Part shown: positions 1-12,903 of the stretch, one piece after another
Numbering within the stretch: position 1 is the first letter of the stretch
How the letters are laid out: each line of letters opens with the position of its first letter
Assembly (NCBI GenBank): GCA_950097015.1
Contig: CATNEN010000029.1
Location: 4,092,001 to 4,156,000 of the forward strand
Length of the DNA: 64,000 bases
From: Macrostomum hystrix
Lineage: Eukaryota > Animalia > Platyhelminthes
Direction: 5' to 3'
Position numbers and translations under genes: made by a program
The notes under the pieces: generated by a model
What the model was told of the DNA's origin: nothing
Databases searched by the model: none
What the model saw: the letters and a program-made list of their open reading frames with translations, nothing else

Positions 1-682
1 CTCCCTGATCCTCATGTGGGATTCATGGGATTCAGTCATTCCCTCCCTGATCCTCATGTGGGATTCATGGGATTCAGTCACTACCTCCCTGATCCTCATG
101 TGGGATTCAGTCACTCCCTCCCTGATCCTCATTTGGGATTCAGTCACTCCCTCCCTGATCCTCATTTGGGATTCAGTCACTCCCTCCCTGATCCTCATTT
201 GGGATTCAGTCACTCCCTCCCTAATCCTCATTTGGAATTCATGGGATTCAGTCACTCCCTCCCTGATCTTCATTTGGGATTCAGTCACTCCCTCCCTGAT
301 CCTCATTTGGGATTCACTCCCTCCCTGATCCTCATTTGGGATTCACTCCCTCCCTGATCCTCATTTGGGATTCAGTCACTCCCTCCCTAATCCTCATTTG
401 GAATTCATGGGATTCAGTCACTCCCTCCCTGATCTTCATTTGGGATTCAGTCACTCCCTCCCTGATCTTCATTTGGGATTCACTTCCTCCCTGATCCTCA
501 TTTGGGATTCACTCCCTCCCTGATCCTCATGTGGGATTCAGTCACTCCCTCCCTAATCCTCATTTGGAATTCATGGGATTCAGTCACTCCCTCCCTGATC
601 TTCATTTGGGATTCAGTCACTCCCTCCCTGATCCTCATGTGGGATTCAGTCACTCCCTCCCTGATCCTCATTTGGGATTCAG
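1..682. repeat. 33-bp minisatellite GGGATTCAGTCACTCCCTCCCTGATCCTCATTT
   Basis: Direct reading; it generates ORFs 14..328, 16..357, 502..696 and 531..719. Confidence 0.95.
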
Positions 683-1156
683 TCTTTATGAACTAGCATT
701 TGAAGTTTCTCAGTCTTAATTGCAACAGTAAGTGCTTGAAGTTAGTCAGTATATTCTCTGGAAAATTTTCTAGTCAAATTCTACGAAAGCAAGCGGAGGT
801 GTGTTTTCTTAGAAAAAATCTGTGAACCGGAAGCAAGTGACCAATGGGATTATCCGTGTAACAAGCTTGCAGATTAAGGTGTCCGGTCCGATACCACCGT
901 TAGTTCTTTGCTATCTTTGTGTGCTCTGGAACAACAGAACTGAGTCGTGAGGTGGGTGGAGGCTACGGCATTGTTTGAACCAGCTGTTTGGTCAAAGAAT
1001 TCGTGTAGACGAAAAATTGACTAAGAGGATCGGTAGGGTTTGGCACTTACATTTTTTTGCTTTGAATCCCGAACAAGCGAGAGGGGATTTAGAAATATAG
1101 ATATTTAGAGATAGATAGAGATAGATATTTAGGAATATACGTATCTATGACTCCTA

Positions 1157-2550
1157 GATTGAGTAGAGTGGATAGAATTCTAGTTTGAGTAGAGTTGATA
1201 GACTTCTAGTTTGAGTAGAGTTGATAGACTTCTAGTTTGAGTAGAGTGGATAGACTTCTAGTTTGAGTAGAGTGGATAGACTTCTAGTTTGAGTAGAGTT
1301 GATAGACTTCTAGTTTGAGTAGAGTTGATAGACTTCTAGTTTGAGTAGAGTTGATAGACTTCTAGTTTGAGTAGAGTTGATAGACTTCTAGTTTGAGTAG
1401 AGTGGCAGGCTTCTAGTTTGAGTAGAGTGACAGGCTTCTAGTTTGAGTAGAGTGACAGGCTTCTAGTTTGAGTAGAGTGGATAGACTTCTAGTTTGAGTA
1501 GAGTTGATAGACTTCTAGTTTGAGTAGAGTGGATAGACTTCTAGTTTAAGTAGAGTTGATGGACTTCTAGTTTGAGCAGAGTGACAGGCTTCTAGTTTGA
1601 GTAAAGTGACAGGCTTCTAGTTTGAGTAGAGTGGCAGGCTTCTAGTATGAGTAGAGTGGCAGGCTTCTAGTTTGAGTAGAGTGACAGGCTTCTAGTTTGA
1701 GTAGAGTGACAGGCTTCTAGTTTGAGTAGAGTGGCAGGCTTCTAGTTTGAGTAGAGTGGCAGGCTTCTAGTTTGAGTAGAGTGACAGGCTTCTAGTTTGA
1801 GTAGAGTGGATAGACTTCTAGTTTGAGTAGAGTTGATAGACTTCTAGTTTGAGTAGAGTGGATAGACTTCTAGTTTGAGTAGAGTTGATAGACTTCTAGT
1901 TTGAGTAGAGTTGATAGACTTCTAGTTTGAGTAGAGTGGCAGGCTTCTAGTTTGAGTAGAGTGGCAGGCTTCTAGTTTGAGTAGAGTGACAGGCTTCTAG
2001 TTTGAGTAGAGTGGATAGACTTCTAGTTTGAGTAGAGTGGATAGACTTCTAGTTTGAGTAGAGTTGATAGACTTCTAGTTTGAGTAGAGTGGATAGACTT
2101 CTAGTTTGAGTAGAGTTGATAGACTTCTAGTTTGAGTAGAGTTGATAGACTTCTAGTTTGAGTAGAGTGGCAGGCTTCTAGTTTGAGTAGAGTGACAGGC
2201 TTCTAGTTTGAGTAGAGTGACAGGCTTCTAGTTTGAGTAGAGTGACAGGCTTCTAGTTTGAGTAGAGTTGATAGACTTCTAGTTTGAGTAGAGTGGATAG
2301 ACTTCTAGTTTAAGTAGAGTTGATGGACTTCTAGTTTGAGCAGAGTGACAGGCTTCTAGTTTGAGTAAAGTGACAGGCTTCTAGTTTGAGTAGAGTGGCA
2401 GGCTTCTAGTATGAGTAGAGTGGCAGGCTTCTAGTTTGAGTAGAGTGGCAGGCTTCTAGTTTGAGTAGAGTGACAGGCTTCTAGTTTGAGTAGAGTGGAT
2501 AGACTTCTAGTTTGAGCAGAGTGGATAGACTTCTAGTTTGAGTAGAGTGC
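1157..2550. repeat. 25/26-bp minisatellite TTCTAGTTTGAGTAGAGTGGATAGAC with a higher-order duplication
   Basis: Two unit types (..GATAGAC / ..CAGGC); a diagnostic variant block recurs at 1541 and 2305. Confidence 0.95.
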
Positions 2551-3044
2551 GAAATCTATTCAACAGAGTGTCGGAGGCAATAGCAAAAAATAAACACGGG
2601 AGAAACTTATTTAAGCTATAAAAGTAGCAGCAAGCAAAAAACTTTTCGGTTATGATTTTCTGATTCGGTCACGCCAGGCCTGTTTAATCCCCCTCAGCTC
2701 GCACGGGGAAGAGCGAGGTGCTCAATCACTCTCGCCGGCCCGGTTGCCAAGCGGGAAAGAGGCTTTCTCGCATCACTGATCCCATCTTGGGAGTCGGAGC
2801 AGAGACTCGGGCCCCAGATGCTGAAACTGGGACGCAGATGGTTGTTAAGCAAAGTGGGCGGACACATTTCTAGGAAGAATCGCACGCGGAAACTGCGCCG
2901 AACAGTTTCTATTGGTTTCCTTACAGACAGCTTCATCAAAATATCACGCCTTTCTGAATTTCTCCTGCTTACAGACTTTCCATCTACTAAATCTTGAAAA
3001 TAGTTGGCACAATTTAGAAAATAGGAATTAGAGTTGTGGAGGGA

Positions 3045-3391
3045 GAAGTGGAGGGAAGTAGAGTTATGAAGACAGAAGTAGAGTCATAAAGAGAGAAGTT
3101 GAGTCATAAAGAGAGAAGTAGAGTCATGGAGGGAGAAGTAGAGTCATGAAGTAGAGAGAAGTAGAGTCATGAAGAGAGAAGTAGAGTCATGAAGAGAGAA
3201 GTAGAGTCATGGAGGGAGAAGTAGAGTCATGAAGTAGAGAGAAGTAGAGCCATGGAGAGAGAAGTAGAGTCAAGGAGAGAGAAGTAGAGCCATGGAGAGA
3301 GAAGTAGAGTCAAGGAGAGAGAAGTAGAGCCATGGAGAGAGAAGTAGAGTCAAGGAGAGAGAAGTAGAGTCATGGAGAGAGAAGTAGAGCC
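3045..3391. repeat. ~20-bp purine-rich minisatellite GAGAGAAGTAGAGTCATGGA
   Basis: Direct reading. Confidence 0.9.
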
Positions 3392-4413
3392 AGTGATTCT
3401 CAGATAGCTGTGACAGATAGTCACGCGATGCTTAGGTTGCGAGCGCTAAGTCAGCTAATTTTCCAAGAAGCCTCAAATCTGTCGAGTTGGGATAGAACCG
3501 AGAATTCGCTGAGCAAGAAATTATTGTGGGCAGGAGAAGAAAGAGAAGAAGTGTGAAGAAACTTCACTGTCAGTAGCTACAGCCGCCCCCCCAACCCATC
3601 TCAGCCATGTGGCGAAGCTCTTCGCTTATTAAAGCTGTGAAGATCCGTGATCCCCTTCTGCAGCTAGCCGAATGAGAAATCTAGGAAGGGACGGACAAGG
3701 ATTAACAGCTTATGAATATCGGCCGGCCCTGCAGTCCCAATTTCCATTTAAATTAGTGTTTGGAATGGCCTGGTAGAGGAAATTCATCGAACCGGCGAGC
3801 GAAAGACAACTTGGAGAAGCAGAACAGGGGAAAAGCGTGGAAAGCAGATTTGCTAGCCGTGACAGCTACAAAATACGGGCACTCTACATGCATTCAGGAG
3901 GCTATTCTGACACTTCTAGTCGCATAGTTACAAGAGGCGACAAAAACTTGTCGCTTGTCAGTTGTCAGCATGATCAATCCTGTCACTTTGCCAGCTGCAA
4001 GAATCTGTATAGCTTGCTGAAGTGGCAGTTCCGCCATTGCTGCAGAGCAGAGGAACAAATATTTGTCTATTAGATAGTAGCAATCGGGTAATGTCGAGTG
4101 TCCCCCAAAGTGTTTAAAAGCTAACTTTGATCAAGTGCTGGATAAGTGAGGAATAACAGTTGTGTAGCTCCACCACTTACAGCCTATGCGCATGGATTAC
4201 AGATTGACTTGTAATTCTAGAATACTAGGCCCATGCTGTGCGATCTAGCAAAATTTTTTTATAAACACACCTGCAATGTCCGATGGAAGAATTTTAAGGA
4301 TGCTGTACCGAGATATGGGCCTGTCTAGATGTATCTACATTTCAGAAAATATAGTCTGTCTGTTTATTTTCTTGTCTTATTCAGATTCCTGTGCCGTACC
4401 TATTGTTTTAGAT

Positions 4414-6590
4414 TGTCCTATTCATACTGTGTTCTATTCTACTCCATCCTGTCCCATTCATACTGTGTTCTATTCTACTCCATCCTGTCCCATTCATACT
4501 GTGTTCTATTCTACTCCATCCTGTCTTATTCATACTGTGTTCTATTCTACTCCATCCTGTCCTATTCCTAATGTGTTCTATTCTACTCCATCCTGTCCCA
4601 TTCATACTGTGTTCTATTCTACTCCATCCTGTCTTATTCCTACTGTGTTCTATTCTACTCCATCCTGTCCTATTCATACTGTGTTCTATTCTACTCCATC
4701 CTGTCCTATTCCTAATGTGTTCTATTCTACTCCATCCTGTCCCATTCATACTGTGTTCTATTCTACTCCATCCTGTCTTATTCCTACTGTGTTCTATTCT
4801 ACTCCATCCTGTCCTATTCCTAATGTGTTCTATTCTACTCCATCCTGTCCCATTCATACTGTGTTCTATTCTACTCCATCCTGTCTTATTCCTACTGTGT
4901 TCTATTCTACTCCATCCTGTCCTATTCATACTGTGTTCTATTCTACTCCATCCTGTCCTATTCCTAATGTGTTCTATTCTACTCCATCCTGTCCCATTCA
5001 TACTGTGTTCTATTCTACTCCATCCTGTCTTATTCCTACTGTGTTCTATTCTACTCCATCCTGTCCTATTCCTAATGTGTTCTATTCTACTCCATCCTGT
5101 CCCATTCATACTGTGTTCTATTCTACTCCATCCTGTCTTATTCCTACTGTGTTCTATTCTACTCCATCCTGTCCTATTCCTAATGTGTTCTATTCTACTC
5201 CATCCTGTCCTATTCATACTGTGTTCTATTCTACTCCATCCTGTCCCATTCATACTGTGTTCTATTCTACTCCATCCTGTCTTATTCCTACTGTGTTCTA
5301 TTCTACTCCATCCTGTCCTATTCCTAATGTGTTCTATTCTACTCCATCCTGTCCCATTCATACTGTGTTCTATTCTACTCCATCCTGTCTTATTCCTACT
5401 GTGTTCTATTCTACTCCATCCTGTCCTATTCCTACTGTGTTCTATTCTACTCCATCCTGTCCTTTTCCTAATGTGTTATATTCTACTCCATCCTGTCCTA
5501 TTCCTAATGTGTTCTATTCTACTCCATCCTGTCCTTTTCCTAATGTGTTCTATTCTACTCCATCCTGTCCTATTCCTAATGTGTTCTATTCTACTCCATC
5601 CTGTCCTTTTCCTAATGTGTTCTATTCTACTCCATCCTGTCCTATTCCTAATGTGTTCTATTCTACTCCATCCTGTCCTATTCATACTGTGTTATATTCT
5701 ACTCCATCCTGTCCTATTCCTACTGTGTTATATTCTACTCCATCCTGTCCTATTCCTACTGTGTTATATTCTACTCCATCCTGTCCTATTCATACTGTGT
5801 TCTATTCTACTCCATCCTGTCCTATTCATACTGTGTTCTATTCTACTCCATCCTGTCCTATTCATACTGTGTTCTATTCTACTCCATCCTGTCCCATTCA
5901 TACTGTGTTCTATTCTACTCCATCCTGTCCTATTCATACTGTGTTATATTCTATTCCATCCTGTCCTATTCATACTGTGTTCTATTCTACTCCATCCTGT
6001 CCTATTCCTAATGTGTTCTATTCTACTCCATCCTGTCCTATTCCTACTGTGTTCTATTCTACTCCATCCTGTCCTATTCCTACTGTGTTCTATTCTACTC
6101 CATCCTGTCCTATTCATACTGTGTTATATTCTACTCCATCCTGTCCCATTCATACTGTGTTCTATTCTACTCCATCCTGTCCTTTTCATACTGTGTTCTA
6201 TTCTACTCCATCCTGTCCTATTCCTACTGTGTTCTATTCTACTCCATCCTGTCCTATTCCTACTGTGTTCTATTCTACTCCATCCTGTCCTATTCATACT
6301 GTGTTCTATTCTACTCCATCCTGTCCTATTCATACTGTGTTCTATTCTACTCCATCCTGTCCTATTCCTACTGTGTTCTATTCTACTCCATCCTGTCCTA
6401 TTCATACTGTGTTCTATTCTACTCCATCCTGTCCTATTCATACTGTGTTCTATTCTACTCCATCCTGTCCTATTCCTACTGTGTTCTATTCTACTCCATC
6501 CTGTCCTATTCATACTGTGTTCTATTCTACTCCATCCTGTCCTATTCCTACTGTGTTCTATTCTACTCCATCCTGACCTATTACTACTGT
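4414..6590. repeat. 36-bp minisatellite CCTATTCATACTGTGTTCTATTCTACTCCATCCTGT (~60 copies)
   Basis: Direct reading; open in several frames on both strands. Confidence 0.97.
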
Positions 6591-7070
6591 TCTATTGTGC
6601 AAACAAGAGTTTTTTCAACTCAGTAAAATGCAAGAAGTAATTTATTCATATACTAAACTTTTAACATGAGCCGTATGATGTTTTCTCCTATCACTAAGTC
6701 TCTTATATGCTATAACGAATGGGTCATTCTTCTGTTTTAAAATCTCTGCTAACCAAGTAGCTCTGGCTATCGGTTCCTGAACTAACTTTCTCAGCATGCG
6801 GTCGGTACTAACCCACATTAACTAGCTCGTAACATCCATCTGTCCGTGATATTATATAGCAATTCTATATTGGACTATATATTGGCTTTGGATTGACAAG
6901 TCAAAACTGCAGGCAGTGAGTTTAGAGTGATCAGCTGCAGTTCGCATTATGGGGCACACACTGATATTGTAACAGTTGCACCGGCCATCGGTCTTAAGTG
7001 CCCCAGAGTCAGCAGGGGGTGCCGCACTGACGAATGTCCAATAAATAGCTATCAGGAGCGCGGATTTAAG

Positions 7071-7209
7071 ATGCCAGTCACTACGGGGAGTCGTCAGGAA
7101 TGGCGGGTCAGGGATTGGAAGAAGTATTTGGCACAGCGGGAAGCGGCGGCGGTCGCGGCGGCGGCGGTGGCGGCGGCGGCGGAGGAGGATGCGGCCGCGG
7201 CTGCTGAAG
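7071..7209 (+). CDS. Pitx: Putative alternative first coding exon of Pitx (MPVTTGSRQEWRVRDWKKYLAQREAAAVAAAAVAAAAEEDAAAAAE)
   Basis: ATG at 7071 after an ATAAATA element (7041); 139 nt ending GAA G|gtattt. Phase 1, the same phase as the homeobox-exon acceptor at 10514. The poly-Ala composition is like the rest of the protein. The link to Pitx is inferred. Confidence 0.5.
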
Positions 7210-7386
7210 GTATTTTTTGTCCAAAGAATCACTCGATACGTCGCACAGATTGCCTAGCTTTCTTTAACTGCTTCTGACGTTTTGACCTATGGAAAACTTA
7301 TGCAAATATTTAAAATGGATATTGTGCCTCAAACTGCATCATCCTCAGAATAAGTTTGTAAGTTAAGACATGTTTGATTAATATTT

Positions 7387-7795
7387 GCAGGAGGGCTGCA
7401 GGCAATGGCGCATCTTTTGGTGACACTAGACCCGCAGCCAGTGAGGAGGCAATTCTGCCCATTTCGCTGACTCATGAGCACGCACGCACACAGATACCGT
7501 ACACAGGTACACGCTCACACAGGTGTGTACGAGCATACATCTGCCCTGACTTTCTCATCGTCAGGCAGTGTACACTCTCACTGTGCCTTGGAGGTTGGCC
7601 CTCAAGGGCGTAAATTGCACGACAAGCCCCTAACCCTTCTTTCCGCGGCGAGGCCACATTTATTTGAATGGCCTCCTCCTCCGACGCCGCCGCCGCCGCC
7701 GCCGCCGCGACCGCCGCCGCGACTAAGTTCGGAGTCGAACTTAGGAACCTTGGCGCGAGAAGCAAACGCGTTAACCGCTCTGCCACCGACCCCCC
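7387..7795 (-). mobile_element. tRNA-derived SINE, family B (internally rearranged copy)
   Basis: Head GGTGGCAGAGCGGTTAACGCG..GTTCGACTCC on the minus strand; body shared with 44398-44747 and 53632-53930. Confidence 0.8.
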
Positions 7796-7929
7796 TAGTT
7801 ACTTGTAAAACGTTTAGTTACAACTTTCTCCTTAAAAATGACCCATAATTCGTATGTTAATTTAAGTTTAAATTTTTAATTTCTAAAGAGGGAATTAAAA
7901 ATTCGAAAATGACTGAAGCAATCCAAGCA

Positions 7930-8335
7930 GCTAAAAATATCCCAGAAAGTATAAGTATCCCAGAAGCTAGAAATATCCCAGAAGCTACAAATATCCCAGA
8001 AGCTACAAATATGCCAGAAGCTAGCAATATCCCAGAAGCTAGAAATATCCACAAAGCGAGGAATATCCACAAAGCTAGAAATATTCCAGAAGCTAGAAAT
8101 ATCCTAGAAGCTACAAATATCTCAGAAGCTACAAATATCCCAGAAGCTACAAATATCCCAGAAGCTACAAATATTCCAGAAGCTAGAAATATTCCAGAAG
8201 CTAGAAATATCCCAGAAGCTAGCAATATCCCAGAAGCTAGCAATATCCCAGAAGCTAGAAATATCCCAGAAGCTAGAAATATACCAGAAGCTAGAAATAT
8301 CCCAGAAGCTAGAAGTATTCCAGAAGCTAGGAATT
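7930..8335. repeat. 18-bp minisatellite AATATCCCAGAAGCTAGA
   Basis: Direct reading (NIPEAR translation). Confidence 0.92.
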
Positions 8336-8539
8336 CAAATTACAGGAAATCCGAAAGGTCAGAAATAACCCAAAAGCTTTTGAAACTTCGGAAGAGAAGA
8401 CAATCTGTGTTCCGCACTGAAACTAGATCGAATTTTGTTTTCGAAGTAAGAAAATTGTCTTCAGAAAATCGCTTTTGCAGACAGTTGGTGGATAGGAACT
8501 TGGGAAAGGATTTCCCAGCCGATCTGATCTCGGGAGATC

Positions 8540-8700
8540 TTCCCCAGCGGCTCAGCCAATGGGGAGCGGCTTCCACAAGCAATTGGGCCGCGGCGGGCTC
8601 GAAGGAGGAGGCGGGGCGGGAGGCGGCAGAGCGGGGCCTCCCCTCCATTGTCCATCTTAAGCCCCGGCAAAATCTGGCCTTACCGGATTAAATAACTCGA
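8540..8700 (+). promoter_or_regulatory. Probable proximal promoter of Pitx exon 1 (CpG-rich)
   Basis: AGCCAAT at 8554-8560, GC box GGGGCGGG at 8613-8620 and K50 site GGATTA at 8685-8690, ~300-450 nt upstream of ATG 9004. Motif evidence only. Confidence 0.35.
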
Positions 8701-9003
8701 CTGGCGAAATACCGCCAAATCCCACCCCTCTGCTCGCCGCTCCCGCTCCTCTTGCCCAGTCTTAAGATTTCTTATAGCGCGCGGAATTAGCTTAAGCAGT
8801 TCTGCTTTTGTCGAAATCCGCCAGAATCCTCACCACCCCAGCTCCGTTCAGTCAGCCCTGTCTGTCTGTCTGTCTCTGCGCCACGCGTGTCTGCTCGAAG
8901 GAGAAATTTGTGTCCCCCCTCAGACAGGATCGAATTATTGGGATCAGGGCTTAACGCGCCGTCTTAATCGCAAGGTCTAATAGGGGATTGTCTTCAACCC
9001 GTT

Positions 9004-9415
9004 ATGAACGGCCTGCTAGGACAGGGTCAGCACGACCTGCAGCAGCAGCTGCAGCAGCATCACCAACAGCAGCAACAGCAGCAGCAGCAGTTGCAGCATC
9101 ATCATCAGCACCAGCAGCAGCTGCAGCATCACCAGCAGCAGCAGTACCAGCTGCACCAGCAGTTGCATCAGCAGCATCATCATCAGCACCAGCCGCCCGC
9201 GCCATTCTTTCTAGTCGACGGCGGAGTCTTCGGCGCTCGAGATGCCTCGACTGCGGCCGCGTTCGACTGCGGCGGCGGAGGCGGCGGCGGCTTCGGGAGC
9301 AGCGGCCGGAAGTTGATGATGCTCCCAGCAGGTGGTGCACAGGGGGCGCCGCCCCCGCCGCCGCCAGGTCTTCACGGCATCAAGTCGGAGAAGTCGACAG
9401 ATTTCAAACTGACAG
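9004..9415 (+). CDS. Pitx: Pitx homeobox protein, coding exon 1 (poly-Gln/His N-terminus)
   Basis: ATG at 9004; 412 nt ending ACA G|gtgag (phase 1). Joins 10514 in frame. Full model 9004-9415, 10514-10863, 12904-13440 = 432 aa. Confidence 0.8.
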
Positions 9416-10473
9416 GTGAGATTCTGAATCACGGGAATCATAATTAATTAGCCCAAAATTAGCTTTGCTTTGCTTTGCCCAAATATCTGACCCAGATTCT
9501 GACTTCCATATCTTACTGTTTCGTGGTTTTTTGGCTTTGACTCCATCAGGTCATTCGTCTTCCTTCATCTGGACATGCTTCTTAGAATAGATTAGATAGT
9601 CGGGGGTTAAATTTCATAAAAAATACGCATCACAGAGAGCGAACAAAAACTATATATAAAACGATTCCCATAAAAATTAGGCGTACAAATTCTAAAATTT
9701 GACACGCGGACTATATCGCATATTTATATACAGAAAGGGGCAACCATTTAGCATGCAAATTTATTCAGCGCACCCTGTCTAGTGTTGTGATGGGACACGG
9801 GACATGACTTGAGGTGCCAAAAATCTGGCCTGACCTGTTGAATATATAATGATTTAGCCTGTGGGGTGAACGCGCTGCAGCTGTTATTACTGATCGAGTT
9901 TTTGGACTTCGCTTCCCCACTAGCTCGTTCTACTTGCCTCGCCTATCCCCTATTGCGGGCAATCGGGCAAAAAAAGATGGATTTAACAGCGAGTGAGTAT
10001 ATACTGCGTGAGTTGAAGGAACCCCCCCCGATAGTTCATTTCTACAAAAGATTGCGTTAAATAGATAGTTTTAGAGAATCTACGCAGCGGATGCAGAACG
10101 AAAAAATGTATATTTAGCTAATTTTGAATCAGCAATCACCCGCTGTGAAAGTTAAATAAGCCTTTATAATTGACCTGATAACTGATTGGATCAGATAAGG
10201 CCCGATAATTTGAATTCCTTAGGCAAGCAGGTAGATTGTTAGTTCAGCCACCAATTATCCGGAACCAATGGCTAGCCTGAATAAATTCTCTCGATTTTTA
10301 CTGAATCTTGTGTGTCAACCTGTTTTAGCTAGTGAGCTAGCTGTGCTTAAATGAAGTTAAAGAATTTTTTTGTCATAATTTTCGCATTTTTTGAAAAGTT
10401 CCTGATTTTATTCGGCAGGTATTGATTTTTTCTACAATTTAAGCTACTTAAATCTGGTGATTAATACGAGTAA

Positions 10474-10869
<396 letters not shown>

Positions 10870-11775
10870 TGAGATTGAGCAGGGATTGAGCTGGGATTGA
10901 GCTGGGATTGAGCTGGGATTGAGCTGGGGATTGAGCTGGGGATTGAGCTGGGTATCGAGCTGAGGATTGAGATATATTTAGCTGGGATTAAACTGGGATT
11001 GAGCAGGGGATTGAGCTGGAATTGAGCAGGGGATTGAGCTGGGGATTGAGCACGGGATTGAGCTGGGATTGAGCAGGGGATTGAGATAGATTTAGCTAAG
11101 GATTGAGCTGGGATTGAGCTGGGATTGAGCTGGAATTGAGCTGGGATTGAGCTGGGATTGAGCCGGGGATTGAGCTGGAATTGAGCACGGGATTGAGATA
11201 GATTTAGCTGGGATTGAGCTGGGATTGAGCAGGGGATTGAGCTGGGGATTGAGATAGATTGAGCTGGGGATTGAGCTGGGATTTAGCTGGGATTGAGCTA
11301 GGATTGAGCTGGGATTGAGCAGGGGATTGAGATAGATTTAGCTGGGATTGAGCTGGGATTGAGCTGGGATTGATCTGGGGATTGAGCTTGGAATCGAGCT
11401 AGGGATTGGGCTGGGTATCGAGCTGGGGATTGAGATAGATTTAGCTGGGATTAAGCTGGGATTGAGCAGGGGATTGAGATAGATTTAGCTGGGATTGAGC
11501 TGGGATTGAGTAGGGGATTGAGCTGGGGATTGAGATAGATTGAGCTGGGGATTGAGCTGGGATTTAGCTGGGATTTAGCTGGGATTGAGCTGGGATTGAG
11601 CTGGGGATTCAGCTGAGGATTGAGCTGGGTATCGAGCTAGGGATTGGGCTGGGATTGAGCAGGGGATTGAGCTGGGGATTGAGCTGGGATTGAGCTGGGG
11701 ATTGAGCTGGGGATGAGCTGGGATTGAGCTGGGTTTGAGCAGGGGATTGAGATAGATTTCGCTGGGATTGAGCTG
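10870..11775. repeat. 11-12-bp minisatellite GGGATTGAGCT in Pitx intron 2
   Basis: Starts immediately after the donor at 10864. Confidence 0.95.
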
Positions 11776-12595
11776 GTGAGGATAGTGTTAAGAAAGATTG
11801 AAAATTGCAATCCCAAAGAAAATAGATTTCTTAAAGATGAGAGATGTATTCGAGTAAAACTGTACATGTTAATTTGTCGGTTCATTACAATGCATCCCAT
11901 AATTCAAAGATTTGATCTACAGTCTAACATCAGACAGGCTTAAATGCTAATCCAGGATTTAAACTGGCCACTAACTAGCAGTTAATCTGTTGCTATATGA
12001 TCCCCCTTGTAGGATGAAGTTCCTTTAGTTTTATCCTATTCTCTACATGGTCATGGAATCGAACAGCGAGGCGAGTTGATATTTAGTAGATTAATTGGTT
12101 AATTATGACGGGCCAGTATGGCGCGAATTACACGAGCAAATGTACAAGTCCAGGCTTATAGTTGACTTGCGGCTATAAGTATAGCAGAAGGAGGCAGTCC
12201 GTATGGCAGAAAATTTCTTCTCAGGAATCTCAGGAGAGAGAGAGAGAAAAACAGATCAATCTGGGATTCCGACCCCATGCAGCTAGGCACTAGCGCATTG
12301 TGGGTGGGGCTTAATGGTTTGCGATTTTTCACGCTAGATTTGTCCTATCCGGCCCAGGGTCCCAGGAGGGAGGGTGGGAGGCGCGGCGGCTTCTGGGAGA
12401 TTTATAGCAAATCTAGCGGCAGCAATACAGGGAGGGGTGTTAAAGAAACTGAACAAGCGGTCACATCCACCACCAGCTCGCTGCGATAGTCTTGTGATTG
12501 CTCACAAAGCGTGTTAATGGTAGTTTCACTCAACTAAATCGTATCATGAACACTTTGAGATGCGATATGCAATTTGTTGAACAGAGTTAAAGCCA

Positions 12596-12845
12596 GGAAG
12601 GAGGGGAGGAATGATGGAAGGGATAGAAGGGAGACAGGAAGGGAGATAGGAAGGGAGATAGGAAGGGAGATAGGAAGGGAGATAAGAAGGGAGATAGGAA
12701 GGGGATAGGAAGGGGGATAGGAAGGGGATAGGAAGGGAGATAGGAAGGGAGATAGGAAGGGAGATAAGAAGGGAGATAGGAAGGGAGATAAGAAGGGAGA
12801 TAGGAAGAGAGGAAGGGAGATTAAGGAGGTAGGAAGGCGGGAGGC
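12596..12845. repeat. 12-bp polypurine repeat GGAAGGGAGATA in Pitx intron 2
   Basis: Direct reading; ends ~60 nt before the exon 3 acceptor. Confidence 0.9.
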
Positions 12846-12903
12846 AGTATGGCGATGCGACAGAAAGCCATCAAATCCGTTGCGGCCCCTCGCCTGCCCG
12901 CAG

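Noticed and set aside
1157-2550. Regular repeats resembling a CRISPR array
   Set aside because: Head-to-tail tandem units without unique spacers, no cas genes, eukaryotic context. The same applies to all other arrays in the window.
2694-4073. Small ORFs 2694..2939 and 3837..4073
   Set aside because: No homology or splice support; more likely upstream regulatory DNA of Pitx.
4276-6640. 766-aa and 689-aa ORFs (plus antisense ORFs)
   Set aside because: Translations of a 36-bp minisatellite, open in several frames on both strands because the unit lacks stops; no signal peptide, processing sites or unique domains.
7909-8691. 260-aa NIPEAR-repeat ORF
   Set aside because: 18-bp minisatellite running into the Pitx promoter; no splice or homology support.
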